Source of the DNA: Marsupella aquatica
Lineage: Eukaryota > Plantae > Marchantiophyta
Direction: 5' to 3'
DNA length: 64,000 bases
Assembly: GCA_973895155.1 (NCBI GenBank)
Contig: OZ316893.1
Location: 24,603,520 to 24,667,519 of the forward strand
Shown here: one piece after another, positions 1 through 12,641 of the stretch
How the letters are laid out: every line of letters starts with the position of its first letter
How positions within the stretch are numbered: the first letter of the stretch is position 1
Notes under the pieces: generated by a model
What the model saw: only the letters and a program-made list of their open reading frames with translations
What the model was told of the DNA's origin: nothing
The model's database searches: none
Position numbers and translations under genes: made by a program

Positions 1-2979
1 CATGTGTGGGGACTACAGGCCACTGAACCTGGTCACACCCCAGGACAGGTACCCCATGCCACGGCCAGAGGAGCTATTTGACAGCATTGGAGACTCAGAC
101 ATCTTCACTCTTGTGGATCTAAGGCAAGGCTTTAACCAGATTTTGCTGCTTGCAAAGGACCGCAAGAAAACAGCTTTCCATGGTAGTAACCAACTATGGG
201 AGTGGTTGGTGATGCCATTTGGCTTGAAGAATGCGCCCATATTCTTTCAAAGAGTCATGGACCAGGTTCTTCAAGGTGCTGAGTTTCTGAAATGCTACAT
301 TGATGATGTGTTGGTCCACAGCAAAGGATTTGACCAGCATCTACTTGACCTCGAGGAGCTATTCATGAGGCTTAAGAAGGTGAACCTAAAGATACACCCC
401 AAGAAGTGTGAATTTGTTGTCAGATCAGTAGTATACCTTGGGCACCGCATTCTTCCAAATGGAACCATGGCTCACTGGGCCAAGGTGGTATCCATCAGAT
501 TGGAAATGCCCACTCCTACCGATGTTCACACTTTGAGGAGTTTTATTGGGTTGTGCAATTACTATCGGATCTACATCAAATATTTCAGTACCATTGCACA
601 CCCATTGTATGCTTTGTTGAAAAAGAATGTGACTTGGACATGGAGTACAGATGCTGAGGCAGCATTTGCCACTTTGAAGGAGAAGCTCTCAGAATACCCG
701 GTGCTGAGAAGACCTGATTTCAGCAAGGTCTTTGTGTTACACACAGATTGGAGTGCCCTTGGGATTGGTGCCATGCATTCTGGGCCAGCATGATGAGGAA
801 GGTAAAGAGTACGTCATTGCCTATGCATCCAGGAGCAACAATCAGGCAGAGAGTCATTATTCTTCTTATGAGGGTGAATGCCTTGTTGTTGTGTGGGCTG
901 TCATACATTACAGGCCCTACCTCTATGGGACCAGGTTTGTTCTCTACACCGACCACCAGCCCTTGAAGTGGTTGATGACCAACGACAAGCTTACTGGCAA
1001 GCTTGCTCGTTGGGCGCTCATACTCCAGGAGTATGATTTTGAGGTAATTCATAGGCCTGGTGTGACACATCAAAATGCTGACACTATGTCCCGCAGCCCT
1101 TTGATAGCCTCTGATGATTCCTCAGATGCACGGCAGGATTTTGACCAGGTTTCCATCCTGCCTACATTTCATGTATCTTCCTATCTTGCTTTGCTGCCAT
1201 GCTACATTGTTGACCAACCTGTGGTGGACATATGGGAGGACAGCGACACTCTGAGATTTTTGCAGCATGGGGAGTACCCCATACATGTTACTGCAACCTA
1301 GAGAGACCGAATTCAGCAAAGGTCCAAGCGTTACTTGTGGAAGGGAGATCATCTCGTGCGTTGCATGCCTCGGGGGTCTCACTTCCACAAAAATGGCATA
1401 TCACGTGCGACGAAGGATAGGGTCATTTTATTGGTTCTAAGGGAAGACTTAAGAATTTTTGTAGAAGAACAATAGGGTCTTTTAAATTCAATTTTGAGAC
1501 TTATAAGAATATAAAGGTCTTTTTAATCCAAATTTTAGAATATTCCAAGAATATTCCAACTTTATAGGGGTTAAAAAATAATTTTTTTTCTTACATTTTA
1601 GGGGGTCCGAGGCCTAAAAACGTCGCAGGCGATGGGGAGGTCCCCATATAGTGAGACCCCCGAGTTGCATGCCAGACAGGGAAGTGGTGGTTCCACCCAT
1701 TCATGAGAGGGTTGGCCTTATCCGTAAGGTACATTCTGAGCTTGGTCATTTTGGCGTTAAGAGACTTACAGCCTCTTGGTCCCTCATTATCATTGGAGAG
1801 GCATGCATGGCCAGGTTCGAGATGTTATTGCCCGGTGTGAATAGTGTGATAGAGTGAGGACTTCTTTGACATCTCGGCAACCCACACTTCATCCACTCCC
1901 TATTCAGGGCATGTTTTTATCGCTGGTCATGTGATTTGGCTGGAGAATTACCCCTCACATCTCGGGGTAATCTCTACATCATGATCATGATAGAGCATTT
2001 CTCCAAGTGGATAGAACTTGTGGCATTGCCGGATAAGACCTCCCGTAGCACCAGCCAGGCATTCCTGCAACAAGTTCTCAGCCGCTTTGGAGCTTGTGCA
2101 AAATGTCTCACTGACCAGGGCTCAGAGTTTAGAGGACAGGTCCAGGAGCTGCTTGATCAGGCCCTCATTGATCATCGCCGGACATCACGAGATCACCCAC
2201 AGGCAGATGGCTTGGCAGAGCGCATGGTTCAGACATGCAAGAAGGGTCTCCGGAAGATTTGCCTCACCAAAAACAAGGAGGATTGGGACCTGGCCTTACC
2301 CTACATTGCCATGGGGTATAGGATGTCCAGACATGCATCACTGTCTAATTTTTCTCCCTACTTCTTGTTGTTTGGTCGTCACCCAGTTCCACCTTCTGCT
2401 CTTGCTGCTCACATGCTTCAGGTGGTGGACTTGGATTCAGCTGTGACTTGGTCTGATGTGATCTTTGAGAGGGCTGCCCTATTCAGGAGAGTTATGCCCA
2501 TGGCCATGGAGAATTTGGCCATTGCACAGCATAGGGACACACTGCGTTATGCACACACACAAGGGAGCACTTTTCAGCCCAAGGTCAGGAAGTTTGATGT
2601 GGGAGATTTTGTGTACTTGCAGCGGCAAGCTAATGACACCCTGGACACCTCTACCAGTCGTACTATTCTCAGGGTTAAAGCTATTCGACCGTCTGGAGTG
2701 CTAGAGTTACAAGGGGCAGCTGGGCGCACAATTGCTGACAATGCCAAGAATTGCGCCCCTTGTCATCTGCCTAACCTGGATCCCACCATTGTGACTTCTA
2801 CCTGGATTCCACCTGTGGACTACCCTTGCAAAGTGTGTTTGCAAATTGACGATGCTGACCAGATGCTGCTATGTGATAATTGCAATGGAGGGTACCATCT
2901 TTTCTGCCTGCGGCCTGAACTTACCCAGGTGCCAGAAGGGTTATGGTTTTGCCCTTCCTGTGCTCCACATGCCACCTGA
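1..2979 (+). pseudogene. pol: Ty3/gypsy pol (RT-RNaseH-integrase) with C-terminal PHD finger; disrupted
   Basis: RT motifs (DLRQGFNQI, MPFGLKNAP, YIDDVLVHS), RNase H (VLHTDWS, YASRS, YTDHQPL), integrase (HSELGHFG, TDQGSEF, DGLAER) and a C4HC3 PHD (CKVC..CDNC..H..C..WFCPSC). Frameshifts near 770-790 and 1780-1930, in-frame TAG at 1299-1301, MITE insertion at 1369-1664. Confidence 0.93.
1369..1664. mobile_element. MITE with 15-bp perfect TIRs inserted in gypsy pol
   Basis: TIRs CTCGGGGGTCTCACT / AGTGAGACCCCCGAG; TSD TTGCATGC (1361-1368 and 1665-1672), or a 10-bp GTTGCATGCC if the TIR is 14 bp. Removing 304 bp restores the pol frame (..HLVRCMPDREVV..). Confidence 0.92.
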
Positions 2980-3196
2980 CTTTTCCTCAGCCCTCCTTGT
3001 GACTGTGGTCTGGGGGGGATACAGAGGTTTACACCTCCACTACGTACATACCACCTCAGTTGCTTTTTCTTGGCACTTGGGAATGTGATTGGACTTTTTC
3101 TATGCATGTTGGTTGCTAGCAGCTTGCATATATGCATTGTCGGTGACTTGTATGTTTTCGATACACTATGGCTACGATGCTATATGTCACGACAGC

Positions 3197-3731
3197 TGTC
3201 ATGCCGAGGGACAGTGCTGCTTGTGCACATTGGCATGTCCCTCGCATGCCCGCTAGGTAAGTAGTTAGGGCTAGTGTACTACTTGAGTTAGTGTCATGTT
3301 CTTGTAGCAAGTCTGGGCCGTTCTTGAAGCAAAACGTGCTTGTTAGTGTGACGCCTTGACTTGATCTACTTAGGGTGTGTTTCTCTTTGTTGGTTTTCAG
3401 TTCTTCTTGAATCGCTGTTGACAGAGCTCAAACAGTGCTCGTCGGTTCCGTACACGGGATTCACACAGTGATTTGTTAGATGCTCCCGGCCGATCTTGGC
3501 ATCCTGCCGGTTTTCGATTCGATTTCAGTACAATTGTTTCTCTTACGCCTTTTATATATAGAGGTTTACACCTCCACTACGTACATACCACCTCAGTTGC
3601 TTTTTCTTGGCACTTGAGAATGTGATTGGACTTTTTCTATGCATGTTGGTTGCTAGCAGCTTGCACATATGCATTGCCGGTGACTTGTATGTTTTCGATA
3701 CACTATGGCTACGATACTATATGTCACGACA
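3197..3731 (+). repeat. Probable 3' LTR of the PHD-gypsy element
   Basis: Starts TGTCATG and ends CACGACA (imperfect inverted termini). Lies just after the pol stop and a PPT-like TGGGGGGGA (3011-3019). Its last 172 bp (3560-3731) are duplicated at 3023-3194. Confidence 0.6.
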
Positions 3732-6700
3732 AAATAGCTTAAAGTATTCATGGGTGTAGCTAGGGTTTGGGCATATATATTTAGGTATTAAGCAATTTAA
3801 TGAGGCCTCAATTGTTGTTGCTATTACTGGAGGGCTACAAAAGGGCTGTGGAAGAGAGTAACTGAAAGAGGCCCCATTGGAACTTTGGTAGTAATTGAGG
3901 GTAGCTTAGGCTAGGGTTTCTTGTCCCATTTTTAGTATTATTTCAGGTTTAGGGTCCAGGCTAATATTACGTTAAGGGGCAGCCAATGTACTCCTCAATT
4001 CCAATATTCAGTATAAACACTTTGGAGCTTCAAGCCCGGCTTCAAGTAGAGGTCAAAAGTTAGAGCTTGATGCCATAACAAGATAGTGGAAGGACAATGT
4101 TGGCTGGAAGGATTGTCGCTGGACCTTGGAGGACTTGCATTGTGGAGGTCTAAGTAGAGCATATTGTTTGTTTGTCATGGACGCCCGCTGCTATTTGTTT
4201 TTCTAATGTTTGTTTAAGTGTCCTTTCTATCCGACTGTTTCTAATGTGGATGCATGAGAAGAGAAGGAAGACAATAAACCAGGAAGGGACCGTAGCTTGG
4301 TGCAGAAGGAAGTCCAAAGCTTGAGTTTTCATATCCAAAAGGTTTGTGTGTCTTGTATTGTTTTGTGTTATTTTCAGTGTTGTTTATAATTGCAAGTAAG
4401 ACTATTGCCAGTTGTTTGATTTTGAAGAACAACCCGGATGTAGTTTGTATTCATTTTATTCTATCATTATCATAGAACCATGAAAATCCCGTGATAAGCC
4501 CAATGGTTGAGGTGTTCAATGCACTTCTCATAAAGGGAGGACCTCTCTTGTAATTTGCATTCAAGTACCTGCCATGAAGGTCACCTATGCTTCTTCTTTG
4601 AGGCCATGAATATATGGTGGCTCAAGCAAATGAGTTGTAAGTTCTCATTGGCTCAATTCCCCTCTGTTATATGGAAAATAATCCAGTCATGCAACGGTTT
4701 GTGAAGCAAGGTTTCTAACGGTTTAGGGTTTAGAGGATTGATGCCTCGAATAGGCAACCGATAGTGTCTAGTTTCCTATTAATAGTGTATGGTACCCACG
4801 ATGCTAAACTATTTGAGTGAAGAGCACAACATAGACAAGTTGATAGTTGGACAACCATACTTAGAATTATATGTATAAATATTTAGGTCTATATATGCAC
4901 TGTATAGGAGATAGGATGTACTATCCAATGGAGAGATAGAATAAATTGCATTGAGTGGAAAGACGAAGCAAATTGAATGGTCACAAAATTTGGGGCTCTA
5001 ACTTATGATCGAAATACTTATCTTTTCTTTATAGGCATTGTTCAATTCAAAACAAAACTTTGCTTAAAGGTTTTTAGGGGTAAAAAAAGGTCGGTTTGAA
5101 GTACATAAGGTTTTTTTTAAAATTCACTTATAAGTTAGGGGGTCTAGACCTAAAAATGCCCCACAGGCGCAATGTAGGACCCTTCACACAATGACCCCCC
5201 ACCACCAACACCCCCCCTTAAGAGTGCCGCCAATGATGTTGTTGATGCCAGGGTTGATGCAAAAGTGTTGTCAAACAGGTTCAACCTAGTCAGTGGTGTT
5301 GCATGTCAGGTTGGGCCACGGTACTGTGTGGCCATGATGCTTACCATTCATTGGCCAGGAGATCCAGTCAGCAAGGGAAAGATGCAAGGACGGGGCAAGG
5401 TGATGAGAGGGCAGAGGGAGGGGAGACTCAGTTAATTTCTCTTAGTACTACTATCTAGCTTGAAAAAGTTTTGGGGGACGGTAAAGCTTGACGACGAAGT
5501 TAACTAACAGAAAGGGTTTTCCAATCCGTTTGAGTGGGGCTTGGTCAAAGCTTCCCTTATTTGTTGAAAAGGAGAAAACACTCACATCTTTTGAACCTTC
5601 TAATTATATCTGAAAGCTTCAAATTAAATATAACTACATGTTTGCTGGTTATAATGGGCAGCCACGTACTTCTCCTTGGGTATCAATTTGATAGTAGGAT
5701 CACGGGAGGCTATGGAAGCCAACACCAACTGAGAACCATTGAACAAGCCCGGTCAATCAATGTGCACAGAATCAAAGGGGATTGCGTGATTCGCTCGTTC
5801 TCTCCATTTCAGAATGGCCACCAAAGTCACCATTAAATCCTGCTCGTAACCTCAACATTGGGTAAGTTGTCTTCATGCCTGAAACTCGACATGCAACCTC
5901 TACCTGTAGACTGCATGGTATCTCCAAGTTCAGTCCACTCATTTGTTGAGACTGTTTCTCATTCAGATCTTTGAAGAGCTTTGACATACATGATCTCGGT
6001 AGAATACTTTCTAATGCCTTCATGGCGGAAATGGGACCCCTCATGCAATTGTTTTCCTCAATTTTGAAACGGTAATCTAAAACGCGATCTATCTAAAATG
6101 TGATTATGTCATAATCTATGAACTTGATAGCCTAAACTAAAGACCCGTTGATTGCAATAAAATTCACCTCTCATCTGCTATCAGTCGTTGATTGTGGCCA
6201 AGTTTGTGCAGGTCTCCGTTTTTCAATTGACTCACTTTCCTGGGACCTTTTTCTCTCCCTACCTCTCCAAAGGAATTGAAGCTCTCGTTTCCTTAGAGGC
6301 TTACGTCTAATGCCGGCAACCTTGTCCTCCTGGTCTTTTCTTTTGCCTCGAAAAGACCAACATTGTTCTCCTGGTCTTGCTTTCTGAAGACAGACTTTAA
6401 TAGGGGCATGGCCATTTTCAATCTGCAAATTACGAGGCCCGCAAAATTCTGATGGAGAATCAATAATAATCAGTTTCACTTTAATCCATGTTCCAACGCG
6501 TTTCTGTGGACTGTCCACATGGCGATGCCTGGTCTCGAGCAAGCCACGGGGCCCAACCCGTGTGGGTAATTTGTTTTCGACCTTCAACCAAGGATGTTGG
6601 GGTGATTACGTAGCCAGCGTTCGAATAGTCCAAATCTTGACCGGGCCAAGACTTTCAGGGGGGTGTGATTAGCAAGATTGACATTCAGTGATCTACTTTG

Positions 6701-7338
6701 ATCTACTTTATTAATCGATAGATTCATCGAGCTTTTGACGAAGGTGTATACGCAGCTCAGCAGCCTTTTTCTCTTCCTTTGTCCAGCAGCCATTCTTGAC
6801 GGTCTCTCAATTGTTGGCCCGAATCAGAGGTATCGATGGGTCCCATGTATTCGAGCTTCTTCCGTTAACTTACCAGCCAGACATAGTTCTTCCTCTCCAG
6901 GTTCCTAAAGCAAGAATCTAGGACAATTGCACGTATCCCCAAACAGATCACGAGGAATAAAATCTATCTACTACACAGATACCATTCGCTTCACTCTCAG
7001 AATGAACTCTCTGAAGAATCTCTATGTCTTTCATTCCAGAAAATATCGACCTGATCGTTGAGTCTTGGCAGCTTGAAATCAGTGCTTCAATCGGATTCCG
7101 GATAATGATTCTCATCTTGGTCTGGATGTGCATACAGTCAGCCCTTTATCTTAATTCTGCCTGCAGTCAGTGCACCATGCCTAAGTGCAAAGTCTATCTT
7201 ATTTGGTGGGTCTTTTTTGCCATGACAGCTGAGAGGACCAACCTCACTAAGAGATGAACATCACATATAGGAGTAGGCAATAGTGTAGGGAAGCCCACAT
7301 GTAGGACTGCCCAGGGATCCAGCAAGGGACCCTACTAC

Positions 7339-7579
7339 CAGTGTTTCCATTCTGTGCAAATTTTGGCACATTTGCTACCAGGCTAAGGGCCGGGGCAAAT
7401 TTATTTAAACATATTTGCCCAAAATCAAAGTTCCAGATCTGACCTTACATAGATCTAAGGGTCATAATGTGACCGTACAAGGTCATAGCCCTGCAATTCA
7501 AGTACAATTTGTTTGCAAAGCCTAGACTTCTCAAGTTGCCATAAGTGCCACCGGCCTAAAATACAAACAGGAAACACTG
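7339..7579. mobile_element. hAT-like MITE
   Basis: Inverted termini CAGTGTTTCC / GGAAACACTG, typical of hAT TIRs; the flanking duplication is only imperfect (gaccctac / gacccatac). Confidence 0.55.
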
Positions 7580-7667
7580 GACCCATACCAGGAGGGGGAT
7601 TGAAACTAGGGGCCCAATTAAAGCAGAGAAGTCAGGGGCAGATGAGATAACTCACTCCACACCCCAA

Positions 7668-7738
7668 TGTGTAGAGCGGGGATTGAACCTGGGACCTCGT
7701 GGTTCCAAGCTGATCTAAGGCAATTGGTTAAGTCAGTC
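7668..7738 (-). mobile_element. tRNA-derived SINE-like head (Pol III B-box)
   Basis: Minus strand reads ..GAGGTCCCAGGTTCAATCCCCGC.., a T-arm/B-box; the rest does not form a clean cloverleaf. Confidence 0.4.
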
Positions 7739-9907
7739 TTTCTTTCCATTTTATGGACCAGTCGAGTGGGTTCTACTTTTTTCTAAGTTTCAAAGGCCAT
7801 CACTTTAGAACAAATCCATAAGTGCAGATTTCTGTACAAGGCTACATACACAACTTATCCACAAAAGCATTAAGCTTGTGTTGAACTCTTCATGATATCT
7901 TGTGTCAGATGAGTTTTGGCATAGTTTTGCCATGTGTATAATACTTTGCACTTAAGGAGTAATGTCAGGGCTTATTTACGGACCCCATGAGAGGTCCCCT
8001 CCAAAATTCCTGGCACCAGAGCGTGCCACGTCAACAACAACCGCAACAAACAAGATTCGTCAGTTTTGTGAATCAAACTTACAATTTTCATTCGTGTTTG
8101 CATCAAGTTGGGTGTAAATTTTTGGATGCCATGCCGTAAAAAGAAATGTAAAAATTTAGAAATCCAAAGAGAAAAATGGGTAAAACTGTCACTTTGTAAC
8201 CGTTTTAGTTACGTATCCAATTTTAAAAATTAAATTCGAAGATTTGAAAATTATTTTTCATATAATAAACAATGACTAATAACTAACTTAACTTGATAAC
8301 TTCCTTGTTAAAGGGTAACTAACACATGGGGTAAGATTTCCAGCCTTTTGCAATTCAGGCAAACTGCCAGCTATGGTCGGAACTTGAATTCAATGAATTG
8401 ATACAATTCATCTGATGAGACATTGATCTGGTTTCAAATGGACTTGCCTCAAATTGACTATTGATTCTGTTAGCTTGAGAATTTGGTTGCATATAGCAAA
8501 AAAGCCTGATTTTGACAACTATTTGTGATTATCATGCTGTCGATTTCGGCCTGCAAAGCAAAGTATTCATGTGGCAGTTGAAAAAATGTCAAATTTCTCG
8601 GGCCATGGCTGAATGGGTCCACAGTGATTTTGTGAGAAAGTCTAATCTAAACAATGCAAGGTGTAAAATCTATCATATTTGTCCAACACAACCTGACTAC
8701 CAGCTAGCTTCCCTTCCTAATCAGACTTCTATCTTCTGAAGCTTAAGCTTTGCCCTTCTCGATTTGGTGAATAGTTGCGTCAAGGTCATGAGACTATTAA
8801 CTGCCAAATTCAGACTTCAGTGAAATCTCCAAGCTCGTCTCCAAGATTTCCAATTATTTGAAAGTACATTGACAAATCAGGCTACATGCAAATATTCTAA
8901 AGAGGACTCAGCTACTAGAAAGCTTAGGGTTCCTTGTTGAGAAAAGCAGATATCTCAATTGATCTTGAGAAAGTAGTATTCTCAACTCAAATTGAGTGCT
9001 CAGGGCACTTCAGTGGTCAAATATAGTGCCATTTAATGCCTAAATCAACTAACCAAATAAAACTATGCCTTGGGTTTATTAATTAATGTTCTAAAATTAA
9101 TGAAAATATCTCATAGATCTTAGTTAAGTGTTTTAATGTATGCTAGCAGAGCATTATGGACCATATTAGCCTCTCAAAACGCAAGCTAAAGGGCCTTGTT
9201 TTCCTGGTCATTATGAAGAAGATTGCAAAATCACATTTGGATGAGGTAATTAATTTCTCCTATACTTTCACTAAAATTTGTAAAACTATCTCATCAAAAT
9301 AATCTGTGATACCATAGCATTTTGGACCATAATAGCCTCTCACAACTTGAGTTAAAGCTTATATTACATACATTCTTTTTACTCAAACAAGGCCTAAGAA
9401 ATGTATCCAGGGGGTCCACAAACTAATTTATGTATTGGTCCAGTGACAAGTGCAAGTCTTGCATGTATAACAGTGCATACCAATTACAATTGCAAGGTTG
9501 GAATTTTCTGAGAAGTGTGCACTTAAAGAGAGTACAGATTCGGTGTTTCCTGTCAAGGACTGCTTGCATGATTCTATCAAACTTGATAAAGTTTTCCCCT
9601 TCAAAAACATGTTGCGTCAAAAATTTCCAAGACCGTCATTAAAAGATTACAGTGTCCAGGGTCCAAAAAATAAAAGAATCAGGTCAAAGAGAAGGAAAAA
9701 AAAAAGACAAAGTGTGAATTTTTTTAGTGGGAATGAAAGAGCAACGATTGTCCAAGCAGGAAGGAAATGGACAAACAAAAAACAAAACCTAACACAATGC
9801 ATGAGGATCAAGGAGGATACTCCCTCCATGTTCCATGCAAAGAAGTATTTATACATACTCAATACCAAGATACTACATAGTTTTATATAATATTGGTAGA
9901 AGTTTAA

Positions 9908-12641
9908 TCCTAAACTATAATACACAGTTGCGCCAAAAAACGGCGTGGTCGTCATTCAAATTTAGAGTGTCCTTTTGGGTGATAATAATTGAAACCTGTA
10001 AATATGGAACCAATAAAGGGGGGGGGGAGGGGGGACGTGAAAAAACCTGGTACAGGGCAGGGTGTGCACAAACCAGGTACACAAAGATGCACAAGACAGG
10101 TACTATTGTACTTTCAGGTACATATTGTATTTTCAGGTACAGACATATGAACTCATTCATTACTCTGGGGAGCCCACATACAAGGTACAAAGGGGATAGA
10201 GGTCCTCTAGAGAGGTACAATTGTACCAGCAGAATACAACTTTTACGAGAAAGGGAGAAGCGTAGCTTCTTTCCCTTTGGAGTTTGAAGTTCTCTATTCC
10301 AAGCTTATGTGAGCTCATAAGGGCTCCTGGCATTTAATGAGAACTTTTAAGCAACAACAACTACTGAATGGCCAGAAGAGGGAGAGTGAAGAGGAAGCCA
10401 TGATAACTCCTGAGACGACCCTGGCCCTAGCCTCGATCCAATAAATGTATTTTTTTGGTGCAAGCTTTTGCCAAATTCTACCTCCCCAAAATGTGTTCAC
10501 CACTTTTTCCGCCACTTTTGCCAAACATTTGCTAGATTTTTTGCATACCATTGGCCACTCTCCCACCAAATCATGGACCTCATTTGCCAAAATCTAACGG
10601 TTGTATGTAAATCTAGGGACATCTGACGAATAGGATATAATTCAAGAAAAATTGTGGAAGAATACTCCTAGCATCTCCTACCTTTGAGAGGCTGACATTT
10701 GCCACATTGGCTAAAAACAAAAAATTAATGTCTTAAACCCGGGGCCCCAAAGTCCCATCTCCAACCCTAACTCAATCTTGCCCCGGGTTCCAACTCCCCA
10801 ACAACCCCTCAGTTGTTGTTATGTCTTGCCACTTTGTTTACCACAGGAAGAGACATGGGGTGGGAGCCAAAATATCTGGACCAAAGTTGGTTTGGGGGTG
10901 GCAGGTCCTCCAATATTGGAAAGTGTTGCAAATCACACCACTATCCCAAGGGGGCATGGTATTGGCGACTAAGGAGCCGAGTAAACTTGGATGAGGTTAC
11001 CAAAGGGGTTCCATGCAAGGGGTAGGCAAATTGTTTTGTTGAAAAGTGGGCTGAGTCGTGCCGTTGCCTCAAGGGGAATTGGCGTTGGGGCGGCCAAAGC
11101 CAAGAAAGCGGCCGCAGTCAACTTTAATCAAACTAAGCTTAAAGTAACCAAAAAATTGGGGTTACTGATGAGGTTCCAAGATATATGCAAGTGCAGGGAA
11201 AGGGCCATTGAAAAGTCAGCCAAGCAGTGCCGTTACCCCAGGGGGTCTCGACATCGGGGCAGACAACGCCAATTAAGCTATTGCGGCGACTGTAAGTAAG
11301 AAGTTTGAAGTAAGTGGCCAATGATGGTAACTTTCAGCAAAAAGCTTAATAACGTAACAAAAACTTTGGGGTTATCAATGGGGCTTCAGGATGCAAGGGG
11401 TGGCAAAAAAGTGGCAACAACTTAACAATTTTTTTACTTAACTTAACATGGTTTAGTAACAATATTTTCAATTGTACTTAAGAACATCTTTTACTTCACA
11501 ACTTACATCTTTGTCTAACGACATCCTTTACTTATCGACCATTTTGTACTTAACAAAAAACACTTAATAACATCTTTGGTGAAACATCTTCTTTTACCTG
11601 ACGACATCTTAGACATAAAGACATCTTTGGCACATCAACATCTTTTTATTTCACGACATTTTTCACATAAGAACATTTTTTCTTCACGACACCTTTGGCC
11701 GGGCCTTTGGCAACACGACATCATAGTTCTTAATGACATCTTCTTACTTCACAACATCTTTCACATATTAACGACATCTTTGGCAACATGACATCTTTTT
11801 TCTTAACGAAATCTTTGGCAACACAACATATTTTTTCTTAACGAAGTCTTTGGCAACATGACACCTTTTTTGTTGACAGCATCTTTGGCAAAACGACATA
11901 TTTTTTCTTAACAACATCTTTTGTGCAACACACGGGTATTGAGCTATCTTTCACATATTAAGGGCATATTGGGTGAAACAACACCTTTTTACTTATAACA
12001 TCATTTACTTCACAATAACTTAGTTTGGCAAAATGACAACTTTTTCTTAACGCCATCTTTCACATAATGACATCTTTTACATTTTGGGCGACACAAAATC
12101 TTTTGTGCAATGCACGAGTATTTTTCCTCAACGACGTCTTGGTCAACACGACATCTGTTTTCTCAATGACGTCTTGGCCGACACAACATCTTTTTTCTCA
12201 GTGATGTCTTGCCCGACACAACATCTTTTCTCTCAACAACGTCTTGGCCAACATGACATCTTTTTTCTCAACGACTTCCCTTTGCCAACACGACATCCTT
12301 TGTCTCAATGACTTATTGGCCGATACGACGTCTTTTTTATCAATGAGATCTTGGCCGACACGACATCATTTTTCTCAACAACCTCTTGGCCAATACAACA
12401 TTTTTCTCAACAATCTCTCGGTCGACACGACATCTTTTTTCTCAACCAATTCATGGCCGACACGACATCTTTTGTTCTATACGACCTCTTGGCCAACATG
12501 ACATCTTTTGTTATCACCGACATTTTGGCCGACATGACATCTTTTGTTCTCAACAACATCTTGGGCAACACGACATCTTTCTTCTCAACAACCTCTTGGC
12601 TGTGACGACATCTTTTGTGGAACGCACAGGTATTGAGCTAG
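9908..12641 (+). mobile_element. Non-autonomous Helitron
   Basis: 5' A|TCCTAAACTATAATA start. 3' end GTGGAACGCAC hairpin remnant followed by GGTATTGAG-CTAG|T (CTAG at 12638-12641). No coding capacity. Confidence 0.55.
11480..12615. repeat. Degenerate minisatellite of ~32-bp units (CAACACGACATCTTTTTTCTCAACGACATCTTGGC-like)
   Basis: Many recurrences of ACGACATCTT / TTGGCCGAC / TTCTCAAC inside the Helitron. Confidence 0.85.

Noticed and set aside
5500-7257. Short ORFs suggesting a decayed gene or LINE
   Set aside because: No recognisable domain motif in any frame.
7966-9432. Possible MITE bounded by GGACCCC / GGGGTCC
   Set aside because: Inverted match too short and degenerate, and no TSD found.
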